In this document: positions 25,250 to 42,535 of the stretch, one piece after another
How the letters are laid out: every line of letters begins with the position of its first letter
Position numbering within the stretch: the stretch's first letter is position 1
Origin: Octopus sinensis
Taxonomy: Eukaryota
Assembly: GCF_006345805.1 (NCBI RefSeq)
Contig: NW_021833742.1
Coordinates: 1 to 64,000 of the forward strand
Reading direction: 5' to 3'
DNA length: 64,000 nucleotides
Notes under the pieces: model-generated
Seen by the model: only the letters and a program-made list of their open reading frames with translations
What the model was told of the DNA's origin: nothing
The model's database searches: none
Program-made: the position numbers and the translations under genes

Positions 25250-26560
25250 TTAAAAAAGAAAGTCTGAACTTACCTATATCTACAAAGGAGACTGACTTGG
25301 CAATTAAAAAATTAAACAACAACAGAGCATCTGGACCCGACAAAATACATGGAGAAATGATCAAGTATGCACCAAGCAAATTGACAGTCATCATTACGAA
25401 CATTTTCAATATGGTATTTGAGACACATTCACCTTTGAAACTTGGGGATGGAATTTCAATTCCTTTACATAAACTAGGAAAGAGCAAGGGTCCGCTAAAA
25501 AATCTAAGACCAGTGATACTACTGAAGACACTGAGAAAAATTCTATTTCCGATAACTCTTAATCGGATATTTTCTAATGTTTCGATTTTCTGTCGCCAGG
25601 ACAGAGTGGATTCAGAAGGGGTCGCTCGACTGCAGACGCTGTCTGGTCTCATAGATGGATATGTGCTATGTGTCAACGATACAAAAATGACTTCAAAATT
25701 TTGGTAGTGGACATGTCCAGTGCCTTTGACACTATCAATAGGAAATCGTTGTTGGACGTTATTGGGAGTTTTCTTGATGAAGATAGTATTAGGCTCGTCC
25801 GTTTCCTAATACCGAATTAACTGTAGGGGTTGGAAACGAGTTATCAAATCCTTTCGGGACAACAATTGGAACACCTCAGGGGGACTATCTCTGGTTATAT
25901 TCATAGTATACCTGGAAGCAGCACTGAGAGATCTCAGAACTAAGTGCGAAGGCCGATAGAAATTATATATGCAAACGACATAGACTTTGTGTCAGAAAAT
26001 GATCAGGAACTTGCATCTGTTTTAGAGAAAATTCCGGACGAATTTGAGAGATGGTGTTTGCACGTTAATCAAGAAAAGACTGAACACGTAAGAATTGTTA
26101 CTTGGTGATAGTGAGGACATGATGTACCGGAGAGTTTTAACCTCTGCAATGTACAAGAAAATGCAAAAGATCATAAAAAACTTTAAAAAACAAACCTCAA
26201 GCTAAAGCTGTACAACGCATATATAAAACCAGTTCTCATGTACAACTCGGTTACCTGGGGTGTCTTAGAGGCAGAGTTACATAAAATAGACACGTTTCAC
26301 AGAAAATAACTACGCAATCTACTGGGCCTAGAATGGCCAAAAAAGATTCTTAACAGCAAATTATACGCAATAAACATCGATATTATAGAATCAAAATGGA
26401 GGCTGTTTGGACAAGTACTTAGGATGGACATAAACACACCAGCAAACACGATAATGAATGATTACTTTGACAATAACAACAAAACACCGTTCAGAGGAAG
26501 GTCCAGGGTCACTCTCCCTGTTGCAATAAACAAGGATCTCAACGGAATTGGAAGAAAACA
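25250..26560 (+). pseudogene. Decayed RTE-like LINE
   Basis: RASGPD, NLRPVILL, DMSSAFDTI, GTPQGD, KPVLMYNS.TW, WRLFGQVLRM; many stops. Confidence 0.8.
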
Positions 26561-27750
26561 GTCAATTTATATTAAAAAATACAAACAATAAATGTGTATT
26601 GTCTTTAGCCATCAGAAAGAAGTAGTTTTGCTTTCTATGGAAAAGTGTTCATATTGAGGTTATGTAGTTTTGTGCAAGTCATCCCGAGGTATGAAACAAC
26701 AATCCTATCGCGGAATATTGCCAATGACATCAGATATTTTGCTAGTGTTAATAATTTGTAGAAGACTGACTTTTCTTAAGCGATGGTGAGCCGAACTTTG
26801 CAAGTGGAATACCGGTCAACAAGGTTAATATAATTACTATATCTAATTATTAATTAGATGAAGATACTTGTTAATTAGCGTTGAATTCGAGAAAATTATC
26901 TTTTACATGAAGATACCCGTTAAGGTAACGTAAAAATCGTCATAATCACATTGAAAAAAGAAGGTTAAGGGTAGATCCTCTTGTGGAAACATTTCTGTTC
27001 AAAAAGATAGGCCGTAACTTATAATCTCGGTATGAAAAATCGAAAATTGATTGGTTGATTTTTATAGTCTTTTGAATGATTTAACTAACTTTTCAAATAG
27101 AATTTTAGAAAACATCAAAAGCTTATAATCGGATAAATTCTAAAACGAAGCTTTACACTTAGCTAAAACTGAAAAGTTGTCAAAGACTAAGAAAAATTTC
27201 TTAAAAACATTTCAACGTTACCAAACAGAGAATGCAAAACTATGTTATCAATATGATAATATGATTAGTCAGAGTAATTCTGACTTTGTAACTAAAGATA
27301 AATAATTTAATATACTGGATTATCAATTCAAAATATCAATGCACCGGTATTTAACAGAACAAATAGCCATAGTCAGAGGCAATACTCTAGCTATCTGCCA
27401 ATGACCAGTTTTCTTTAGTCTTTTCAATAAATGTTGTTACACGAAAAAAAAAATTTTAATAAGAAATATTATTCGAATCAAAATTACCACACAAAAGTCA
27501 ATACAACACAGAAAGTTGCTAAATCGTATACAAATAATCGAAACTAAGATAAAACAGGCCATAATTGACCAATTTAAATTTAAACGATTTTTTGCAGACT
27601 GAGATATCGAGAATGCACAAAAAATAAAAATATTTTAATTAGAGTAAAAGAAATGAAAAGTGACTCGATAAGGATTTTAATGATAAATTGAGCAGTTCTC
27701 TAGAGGCTGAAAATAAATTAATTATGAATAAGAAAATTTTTTTATTAGAA

Positions 27751-29426
27751 AGGATGGGCATAAAGTCGCGCACCAAGGTAAATATCAAAATTTCAAATAT
27801 GCTAAAATTTTAGAATCACCCATCTTAATTTGCTGTCTTTAATAATTCATTCTGATAGACTTTAACAATTCTCTCACTTATTCCAATCATTCATTCTATT
27901 CTAATCAGAAACAGAATGAGTCATCCATTGATGTCCGTAGGCGTGACAGTCGGCTCTAGCAGATGAATCATTTACGACGGTAACATTGTTGAGCCCATAA
28001 TGTCTTTAAAATTGAAAACAAATAGAAATTATTTTACTTTGTGGAAAAATTTGTGCCACTAATGGATCTGTTGCGAAATCCTTTAACTCAAGCCAGAAAA
28101 GTGTGGACATAGGCTATACGACAGTCGACCGATGACTCACAAAAATTTGTGATGCCTGTCTGAAATCAATGGTGAACAACAACTACTAAATCGTGTGTAC
28201 GATAACATTCTTTATCGAATTGACTTAGGTATGACTTCCTCAGATGAACATGTAGAAGATCTGTAGGCCATCTGTCTTTTCTTATGTTTTTTTTAAATAA
28301 AAACAAATTGCTAGTGTATGTCGTTTAAAATAAAAATAAATTGCTAACTTAGTACAGTGACTCCTCTGAAATTGGCCACCACTGAAATTGGCCACCTCTG
28401 AAATTGACCACACTTATAAAATTATCTTAAGAAAAATTCGAATTTCCATTGAAAGTGGCCAATTCTCAAATTGACTATAAATTTTAAAATATATTTTATG
28501 TAATTTGCAAATTAATAAAATTTCAGTTATTTTATGTCTTCGAACAATTCTCGTGGTAATTATACTCGTCTCACTTTTTATCAAAAAATACAGATTTTAA
28601 CTTATAAAAATCAAAATGAAGATGTTTCATGTCAGTATTTGGCTGATAGATTTTCCCATTCGTTTAAAAAGAAGATTTCCAGCAAAACAATTAATAATAT
28701 TATTTTGAAAAAAGATTTTTTTCTCAGTTCCTACAAAAAGTTAACTCTAAAGGATACTGTAATTTTCGTAAAAATGGCTTGGGAAGATGTGTCTGAAAAA
28801 ACGATGGCAAATTGTTTCGGAATTTTAAGCAACCCATTCAAAAAGAATCATGTAGTTGAAGTTCAAAATATTGCAGTAGAAAAAACTGAGATTTTTGATC
28901 CCTTAGAAGTCGAAGAATTTCTTAATTTTGAATATTCTGAAAATGATACATTTCAAGACGTTGAGGATATTGAAAATATAAAATATGAAGTAGAAGCTGA
29001 AGTAGAATCCAATGAAGTAGAATCCAATGATTCAATTGACAAAGAAGACATTGTGGTTAAGTTAACTAAAATTGAAAACGACCTCCCAAAAAACATTGAG
29101 AACGAACATGAAGTTCAATTGATTACATCCATAAGGCGCTATAAGGAAAATGTCATTAAAACTCAAAAAAAGCAGATGGGCATCCAATTCTACTTTAAGA
29201 ACATTAATAATGCTTAATTACTTAAAATTTTCTGGATAAAGGTTGTTCTTATTCAAAATTTAATTTACACAGATTGATTTTATTTCTCAAATTGGCCATT
29301 TCTCGAATTGACCACAAAAACACGTGGAACCAAAAATGGCCAATTTCAGAGGAGTCACTGTATATGGTTTTTGTAAATGTGAAAAATTGTGGGTTTTAAT
29401 TTAGTGCGAGACTTTATGCGCATTCT
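27751..29426. mobile_element. Possible older Tc1/mariner-like TIR element hosting the pogo insertion
   Basis: Imperfect inverted repeat ATGGGCATAAAGTCGCGCACCAA (about 27754) vs TTAGTGCGAGACTTTATGCGCAT (29401-29423), 20/23 match; no readable transposase. Confidence 0.45.
28355..29360 (+). mobile_element. pogo/Tigger-family transposon with an in-frame internal deletion (ORF 28534-29217)
   Basis: Perfect 24-bp TIR CAGTGACTCCTCTGAAATTGGCCA; TA TSD; repeated GAAATTGGCCAC motifs; ORF joins an N-terminal HTH (RLTFYQKIQIL) to the Tigger C-terminus (TLKDTVIFVKMAWEDVSEKTMANCF); no DDE domain. Confidence 0.9.
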
Positions 29427-30067
29427 ATATTTAAAATCAGTAAAGAACATTAACATCTTATATTTACGATGAGATAACTAGACACAATTGCACTTTACCA
29501 AACAAAGCCTCAGTAACATCATATTCCAATGTCGTCAAATAATAATTACTAAAATCCGAAAAATAAAGTAAAGCTAATTTTAATGAACAACAACTATAAT
29601 AAATATTGTATAGTTTTTAAAACAAATAATATTTTGGAAAGGAAAGATCTTAATGTTTGATGCTATGAAATTGTTCATAATGGTTGTGAAATAATAGTAA
29701 GTGTTAGATATAAATAATAAACAAAATTTCGAATTTGGGGCAGTAATAAAATTAATCAGATTATCTAAAATAAATTTACTATTCATTATTAATGAGGATA
29801 GAACTAATTTAAAGAAAGTCGTCGATTTAAAAAAGAAGATATCCACGGCTAATCTCTTGGAAGTTCTTACACCTTATAAAGAACCCTGTACCAAATTTAA
29901 AATCTTATTGCAACCTAGATGCTTTATATTCCAATAATTCGCCTTCTTATTGATTCAGTCTTATCCATAGGTGCCCTCTCTTCACCGTTACAAATTAGAC
30001 ACAATATGAAAAATTCACTCAAAAAAATTGAAATAATAATCATCAATTTATTAAAAACAAAATTGAA

Positions 30068-34565
<4,498 letters not shown>

Positions 34566-36106
34566 CCTAAAAACAGAACATTTAGGTAAGAAATAGATGG
34601 TGCATAAAACCGAAAATTGATAGTATGATTGATATAATACTATTTAATAGTGTTTATGTTCTATATTTAAGGTAAATAATTCACACTAAAAACTTTTTTA
34701 ATAAAAATAGTATATATTTAATTATAAGAAAAGCACAACATGAAAATAATGCCAATGCTTAATATAATAATTAACTTGTGTATGATATTTACACATATAA
34801 ATATTTTTTATCAACATTTAATGTAATAATATAACTAAATGTATTTAGCTGTCCAATATTGTATTTTTTGTCATCCGATTAATTAAATTCAATTAAAGAA
34901 AGTTTAGCCAAGTATCAAAATTGGAGCATTTTTAAAGAGGAAAAGGTCATTTGTTATATTTTTGGCCTATTTAGCCATCAGGAATGATCCATATTGTAAG
35001 TTTTGTAACAATCGTTAAATTTTAGTTATTTATGGCCAGTTTAAATGGACTTTGATAATAAAAATATTCTGAACGTCACTAGAAATGCCACTCGAACATA
35101 ATTATTTACTTTGACAATACTTAATGTTTATTCTTAATGAGAATTTTAAAAAGGAAATGCATCTATTTATAAACTCGGTCAAGTTTTTGTCTCATTTTCT
35201 CTAATTATTAGGACCATTATCTCTATTTATTGTCTAAGTGGCGATAGCACGGCAGCAGAGATTGTTTTTAATAGGAACTTGTCGACAAATAAATGAATTT
35301 AACCATTGACTAAGTTAAGACTACATTAAAACACTGAATATTACCATTATAATCAAGCTTAATCAACTAATAAAAACGTCGTTAATAATTAAAATTAATC
35401 AACAAATTTTTGTTGCCTTCAAATGTGATATGTGATCGAAATAACTCCATCATTTCTCTCCACTCTCTACGTTTATACCTTTCCGTGCGATAAACAGTCC
35501 AAAAACAAATAAATAGACATAAAGAGATTTTATGGAGATTAACCTTTTTCTACTTCTTTCAATAATATTTCGAAATGGTTACTTAAGACAGTTGGGTATG
35601 AGTCTTTACGTGATGACTGGAGAGAATCTTTTTTGATGCTTCTTGAACAAGTTAGTTAGCGAGAGGCTCCGGATTGCACTTTTTTGGAGGTTTATAGAGC
35701 CAGAAAAAAAGAAAGGATGGAAGTGTCTGAAGTTCTAAGCTTTGGTCACTTTAGACCAGGGGTGTCAAACTCATTTCGCTTTGAGGGCCACATTATGTAA
35801 CAATTTCGCTTCGAGGGCCGCATTTATAATAATTTCTCATTAAGGGAAGATTAATTCTGATATTTATTATGATGAATAACCAAAATAAGAGAAACTAAAT
35901 TATTCAATTATCGCCCTTTAATTTTGGTGAGAGCTGCTTCCAGAGCAGGGGTGTCAAACTCATTTCGCTTTGAGGGCCACATTTTGTAACAATTTCGCTT
36001 CGAGGGCCACATTTATAATAATTTCTCATTAAGGGAAGATTAATTCTGATATTTATTATGATGAATAACCAAAATAAGAGAAACTAAATTATTCAATTAT
36101 CGCCCT

Positions 36107-37579
36107 TTAATTTTGGTGAGAGCTGCTTCCAGAGGATTGACATCTTTTTTTAGATACAATTTTTGATATGTCAGGCTGAGCTATTCGTGTAGTTCCGACT
36201 AAATGTTCATCAGTTAGTCTTGTTCTTTGAGCAGTTTTTGTCATTTTCATAAATGAAAAAAGCTGTTCACACACATATGTCAAACCAAACATAGCAATGA
36301 TTTTTGTTGCAAACTTTTTAAAGTTTTTAAACTTTCCAGGAAGATATGAAAAGAAAGCAGATATTCCAACCTCCAAATATTTAGCATTAAGTATAGAATC
36401 TGATTGGATTTCCAATAGTTCCATTTGTAAACTTTCATCTGCATTGGAAACATTAAAAGAGAATGGTGATGCGAATAATGAAAATTGGTGTTCAAAAAAC
36501 GAAAAATCATTAAATCTTTCTTGAAATTCCTTTAACAACGATTGTCTTTCATACTGAGAAAAATTCATTACATTATGTGCATCAACAGTACTCCTGAGCT
36601 CTTTGCACGTAGGAAAATGAGATAAATCTTCATTTAATAGCTGAAACTTCCATAATTTTATTTTCGAAATAAAACACTTGATATGATCTGACAACTGAGT
36701 TATGAGTTTGTCTTTGCCCTGCAATTCTAAATTAAGGTCGTTCATATGTGTGGTAATATCCACTGCAAATGCCAAATCTTTGATCCAAGATTGACTTTTC
36801 ATTTCGTCTGTGTTTTGCCCTTTCATCTCCATAAATAAAATTATTTCCGATCTCAACAAATAAAATCTTTTAACAACTTTGTGAAGTGATAACAAGCGGA
36901 CTGGAGTATAAAAAGGAATGTCGTGGAACTGATTATTAATATCTGTCAGCAGTTTACTAAACTGCCGGTGGTTGAGGGGATGACCTCTGATATAGTTTAC
37001 TGTTTTCGTGACCAAACTAATGGTATTTTCCATTTTTAATATTTTTGAACACAAATATTGCTGATGAATAATGCAATGAAAATGAGCAAATGATGACCCG
37101 GGATTTACCTTTTCTATTTCAGCTCGCAATTTAGCGGCAACGCCAGCATGTCGTTCAGCCATATTCGGAGCACCATCAGTGCATAAACATACAAGCTTCA
37201 TCAAATCAAACCCATATTCAAAGAGAATTTGTAGAAGTTTTATAAAGATATCCTTACTTGTAGTAATATCGAGCATTGGTACCAGTTCGAGAAATTCTTC
37301 ATAAATATTAAAATCTGATTCACACGCTCTAAAAAAGATTGCTAATTGTGCAATTCCAACGACGTCGACTGTTTCATCGATTGCAATTGAAAAATATTCA
37401 AATTTTAACAAATCAGACTTTAATTGGTATTTCAAATTCAATGCCATTTCATTAATGTGTTCGGCAACAGTATTTCTTGTTAATATCTTTAAACAAGTGG
37501 GCGTCGTCTGGACAAATAATATTCGCTGTTTTAACAAGGCATTGCATGATGAAATCACCATCACAATATGATTTTCCAT
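36107..37579 (-). CDS. hAT transposase, intronless over the catalytic region; N-terminus frameshifted or deleted
   Basis: FSIAIDETVD, CTDGAPNM, HCIIHQQ, TYVCEQLFS, RTRLTDEHL; the upstream piece 37452-37742 is in another frame. Confidence 0.85.
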   Translation of the reverse strand: MENHIVMVISSCNALLKQRILFVQTTPTCLKILTRNTVAEHINEMALNLKYQLKSDLLKFEYFSIAIDETVDVVGIAQLAIFFRACESDFNIYEEFLELVPMLDITTSKDIFIKLLQILFEYGFDLMKLVCLCTDGAPNMAERHAGVAAKLRAEIEKVNPGSSFAHFHCIIHQQYLCSKILKMENTISLVTKTVNYIRGHPLNHRQFSKLLTDINNQFHDIPFYTPVRLLSLHKVVKRFYLLRSEIILFMEMKGQNTDEMKSQSWIKDLAFAVDITTHMNDLNLELQGKDKLITQLSDHIKCFISKIKLWKFQLLNEDLSHFPTCKELRSTVDAHNVMNFSQYERQSLLKEFQERFNDFSFFEHQFSLFASPFSFNVSNADESLQMELLEIQSDSILNAKYLEVGISAFFSYLPGKFKNFKKFATKIIAMFGLTYVCEQLFSFMKMTKTAQRTRLTDEHLVGTTRIAQPDISKIVSKKRCQSSGSSSHQN

Positions 37580-37771
37580 TTACTGCAAGCATTCTGCTGA
37601 TTTCATAGCTTGCAGTGACTAATGCAGTACTTCGACTATGATTTTTTGTAAAATGAGTTTGTAACGCAGATAAATTTTTTCGCAATTCATCTTTCAAGGA
37701 GCGTTTCTTTTTTATTCCAGAAGAAGCACGTGACATTAACAAACACGATTTAAAAATACAATTAAAAATTT

Positions 37772-37776
<5 letters not shown>

Positions 37777-37803
<27 letters not shown>

Positions 37804-38137
37804 TTTTTTTAAGGAAGTTAATAAAAAGATAAAAAACGCCGAAAAGATAAAAATACATAAATATTCTTCGCTCGCGGACCGCTACCGCGTTACGGCAATC
37901 GCTCTGGAGACCGCTGGAGTTGCAGGAAAGGAGACTGACTCGTTCCTCAAAGAGGTCGGGCAGTCCATCGGGAGAAGGCTCAAGGACTCGAGAGAGAGCC
38001 TCTGGTTCCGCCAGCGCATCGGCCTGGCCATTGTTCGGGGCAACGCACACTGCGTCCTCGCCGCTGGAACTTAACTATTTTCGGTCTTAATAAATTAACT
38101 TCCTTAAAAAAAATAAATAAAAAAAAAATAAAAAAAT
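37777..38137 (+). mobile_element. 5'-truncated CRE-like retro-insertion with poly(T) at the left end and poly(A) at the right end
   Basis: Plus strand reads AEKIKIHKYSSLADRY..ALETAG..QRIGLAIVRGNA..* (CRE-type RLE C-terminus), then 3' UTR ATTAACTTCCTT and an A-tail. The left end is a T-tail plus AAGGAAGTTAAT. Direct repeat AAAATTTTAATT flanks both sides. Confidence 0.85.
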
Positions 38138-38449
38138 AAAATTTTAATTAAATGTAAAAAAATAAAAAAATAATTTTTTGCATTTTATAGCCATTAAATC
38201 AGACCTCACTTATGTTTGGTAAAGTACGCTGAGGGCCGCACCTATGTCTTTCGAGGGCCACATGCGGCCCGCGGGCCGCATGTTTGACACCCCTGCTTTA
38301 GACGCTCATTAGTTAGTTTTTTAATTAAATAGTTAATTTTTTTTATTAATAGAGTTTCTTTGTTTAATATTTTATTTTCCTTAGGTGTTATCACATATAT
38401 TTTTTTTAAAATTCAGGGCAAGATAGATTGTTAAACATTTTAAAATGTT

Positions 38450-40168
38450 ATATTAAAGATAAATTTTCCATACATTTACTGATTGAAAAAGTCGTTCGAT
38501 GTTGGCTATTATATGTATTAATTGTCATTTGTGAAGTCTATTTTAAAATATTTCACTTTTTAATACAGTATGGAAATGCCGCCGAAAATAAAAAGTATCT
38601 TCATTTTCTCGATAAAAATTAATTCTTTTTGTGTACTTTAAAGTTATCATTCAAAAATATTTCATTACCTTATTATTTTTGATTCTAAAACTTTCCATTG
38701 GTCGATATCGCCAGGCATCATGATAGGTACATTTATTATCTATAATAAATATAAAATATTGTTGGTCAACGTATTGATGTCATGTAATAATTATTCTTTT
38801 CGACTAAATCGAAATCGCTCTAGTGATATTAAAATAATAGGACATATACAAATTTGTACAATTTTGAAATTGGATACGAATTAACGCACTTTCTGGCCTG
38901 TAAAATATTTTCGATTATAGTCTTTGAAAATGAAAAATTATTTTCATAATTTCTTCCACAATTCGGAGTTTTTGTCATGTTTTTATATTTATTATGGTTA
39001 TTTAGATTTTCAAACAAAAATCGGGATTTACCATTTTGCTTATAATTGTCAAAAATAATTTTTGAATAAATGCTTTTCATTTTATTTTTGATAAATGAAC
39101 TTCCATTTTTTATGGATGATAAATTTTATTTTCCTTGTAAAACTTAATCTTTAAATCTGTGAATTCATCTTGGTCATAAAATAATCTGTAGTTTTTGTTA
39201 AACAAATCATTTTTCTTATTCATTTGTTCCGAAATATTACATATATTGTGCTTTTGATCCAAGAATTTGTTATTTTTATTTACTATTTTTTTCATGTTCA
39301 TTTCTCTGTGATCAATCAAATCAGAGATAGTTTCATAACGGTTCAAATATAGTTTTTCTTGTAGATCTTTTTCTGATAATATATCGTCTTCTGACAGGCC
39401 ATTTTCATCGTTATCCAATTGAATATCAATACTTGATAGATTAATAATATCTGAATCATTCTCAAATTGACAATGAAAATTTTCATAATCATATCTATTT
39501 TCCAATATTTGCTTGTCGTTGATATATTTACCTCTAAAATCTGAAGAATTGTAATATTCATTTTGAACATTTTTGTCATTATTTATACTATATTGGTCAT
39601 CGTGATTTTGAAATATAGTTTCGATTTGATCGATGTCATATTTATTGGTATTCTCATTATCACCAGAGATTGATAGTTTGTCGCCTGAAATGGTGGATTC
39701 ATTTTCTACTGTACATGTATGAGTTTTTTGAGTGGATTTAATATTTTCGGATTCATTTTGACGTATGTCAGTGTTGATCGACATTTTTTGCTCGTCATTT
39801 TCTAATTGATTTTTACTTTCTAGAAAACTTTTCAATTTTTGATTATCGCATGTTTCTTTTTTATTTTGAAAATGGCAATTTGTTTCAGGGAAATTTAATT
39901 TGTCAGAATTTATCTCTTCAAACAAATTACAGTTTTTAATTTCAATAGTTATGCATTCATCTTCTTCTAACAATTCATTGTGAAGTAAGCTAGAATCAGA
40001 ATTCTTACTAACTACAATCTCAGAGTTTTGATCAACAAAAATAGCTTTCTGCGAATTGTTAGAATGGAATTCAGATATAAATGAGGTTTCAACTAAAGTA
40101 TGTATTTTCGGATTTTTAGATTGTGTTTCAATACAAGAATCCGTAGGAAGAGTCTCTTGAAAATCCAT
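38450..40168 (-). CDS. Unidentified Asn/Lys/Asp-rich, probably disordered protein (large exon 39110-40168 plus downstream exons)
   Basis: A 352-aa stop-free ORF in very AT-rich DNA, followed by ORF 38829-39080 in a shifted frame and GT-AG mini-intron-like segments; no recognisable domain; boundaries uncertain. Confidence 0.5.
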
Positions 40169-41279
40169 TCACAGATAAATGTAATAAAAGATACTTATAT
40201 ATACAAAGGATCTTCGATTATTATATACGTGATGTTAAATCAATTATTAATAATTACGGTTACATCAAAAAATTCTGATATCTACCAGAAAACGAACTTG
40301 TTGATAAACTGGAAATTGTTACTAAAAATACTATCAAATTTTACAAATAATCAAAGATTTTTTAATCAATCCGAAAATTTAATGGTGCTATTGGCTTAAA
40401 TTAAATAAGATCCTCAAAAAGATGAAAAACTAAATAATTTATGGATTTTGTTTTTTGCCATTTTCTTATGACCGCCACACTTTTGGAAGTCTTATTTTTG
40501 TCGGATATGAGAGAGCTTCAGTCGTTTTTCCATAGTTACAGTTTTTTTTCGGTTGTTCTGTCGAGGAAAATAAGTTTATGATTAGTTCCGAATATAAACT
40601 AGTCTTTAAATGAACACTTTTCAGTTAAAAGGTAAAGAAATGTGTTTTTTCCTTTCAGAGTGATTTTGAACTAGTTTTGTTCGTATAAACATAAACTCTA
40701 TCACGTGAAAGTGCTTCTTTAGGAACGACTGTTTTATACACTTTTTGAAATGACTTTTCTGAAAAAAATGAACTGTCCAAACAGTGAATATAAATCCTAC
40801 GTCGACAAGTACTCGTTCCAACAATTTAATTGGCCACATGCAGCAGTTACTTTAAGAAAGGTCTAAGACTAAAATGGTCTGTGAAGTGACTTAGAATAGA
40901 TTAGTTTGTCTTTTTAAATTTTTTGCTTATAATTTTTTTTATTTTTTAACTTCATATGTAATTAATCATATTACAATTTATCACATTACTTATATCTGTT
41001 CTCGTGTAAAATAGCATGAAATAATGTTTTGTGTTATGCTGACTGAGATACAATAGTCCTGTAGTAAATTGCGTGAGTTTAGAGACCACGTTTCATGCCT
41101 ACAGTACATTATCTTAAATTCGTCTTTTGATAGCGATTGCCTATCTATTTTCATATTCGCAAAATTCTTAGGTTCAGTGATAAAAATTGCAGCTATGTGG
41201 TGTTGTCTACTCTTTTAACACAAATTTTATATCATTTTATGCGCAGTTTTTAACTAGTAGGAGCTGATGGCGATGTTGT

Positions 41280-42190
41280 CAAAAATATTGCAATAGATCT
41301 ATCAAAAGCCTTTGACTCGGTTAATAGGAACACCTAATGACAGTGTTGGAAGGGATTATTGACGAATCGAGTCTAAAAATGACTCAAATTCTTTTATCTA
41401 ACACAGAGCTCCTTGTGAGGGTTGAAAAAACCTACTCAAGGAAATTTGAAACAAACATAGGCACTCCTCAGGGAGATTCCCTGTCTCCACTACTATTCAC
41501 AACATACTTGGAGGCTGCTATGAGGGAACTGAGATCATTATACTAAGGAAATATAAAAGAAGTGATTTATGCTGATGATATTGACCTAATCTCTGAAGAC
41601 AAAAAACTCCTGGAAGATGTACTAGAAAAAGCACCAGATATACTTGGCAAATGGTTCCTTATCGTGAACAGAGAATGGACAGAAATAAAAGAATGAATAA
41701 CTGATCGAAAAGAAATTGAGGAACATTAAGAAACTTGACTGTCTATTAGGAGACAGTTAAGATATCATACGAAAAAAATCCTGGCAAACGCGGCATTACA
41801 CAGGCTAAAAAACCAATGGCTAAAACGGAAAGGGAATAACATAATACAAAGGATAATGCCATACGACACATTTATCAAACCAATCCTCCTGTGCAACTCT
41901 GGAACCTGGGACAAAACAAAAAAGTTTGAAAGGCTCGATTTAAGAAACATAACTGGAATGTCCTGGCTATCCAGGATCTTGCAAGTGTGATTATACGCCA
42001 ATAGCTCTTTTTGGAGACTTTTTGGACACGTCCCGAGGTTAGATCCGACATTATTCCCGAACATCGCTTTCTTGGAAGATATCCTCCCAATTGTTTACAA
42101 AAAGATTTAAAAACCGTGAAGAAAACATTGGCATCCGGTGACGATTTGAACTCTTTGAAGAACTCAGCTAAAAACAGGAGAGCTTAGAGC
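41280..42190 (+). pseudogene. Decayed RTE-like LINE
   Basis: IDLSKAFDSV, GTPQGDSLSPLLF, IYADD, KPILLCNSGTW, FGHV; same family as 25250-26560. Confidence 0.82.
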
Positions 42191-42535
42191 AATCTAATTA
42201 GTTTTCTAATATCTTTTGCTGAACATGCGGGGTTATAAACATTATGGCTCTCGTGAAAGTGCTAATAATAATCGGACTTGAAATTGCAAAAAAAATTCCT
42301 GTATGTTTCAGTTTAAATAATCTGATAAGTAGGGCAATTAGTGCTAAAATGCTATTTTTACTTTGTATATTTTTTTTAATATAAAATTGAATTTGGAATA
42401 ATTATTTTTTAATTTTGTTAAAAAAAACATACATTATAAATGCTATAAATGCTATTTGTAATTTTAAATGCTAATTTTTTTTAAATGCTAATTTAAATTG
42501 CATTTAAATTTTTTTAATGCCACCCATATTAAATA

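Larger units (their letters stand above)
35757..38295 (-). mobile_element. hAT transposon (SPIN/GTF2IRD2-like, Buster group) with a duplicated 3' terminus and a nested retro-insertion
   Basis: TIR CAGGGGTGTCAAAC / GTTTGACACCCCTG; TSD CTTTAGAC (35749-35756, 38296-38303); GAGGGCC(A/G)CA subterminal repeats. Confidence 0.93.

Noticed and set aside
34566-34600. Trans-splice acceptor directly upstream of the CHD1 ATG
   Set aside because: The TTTTAG before the ATG could equally be a cis-intron acceptor; undecidable without transcripts.
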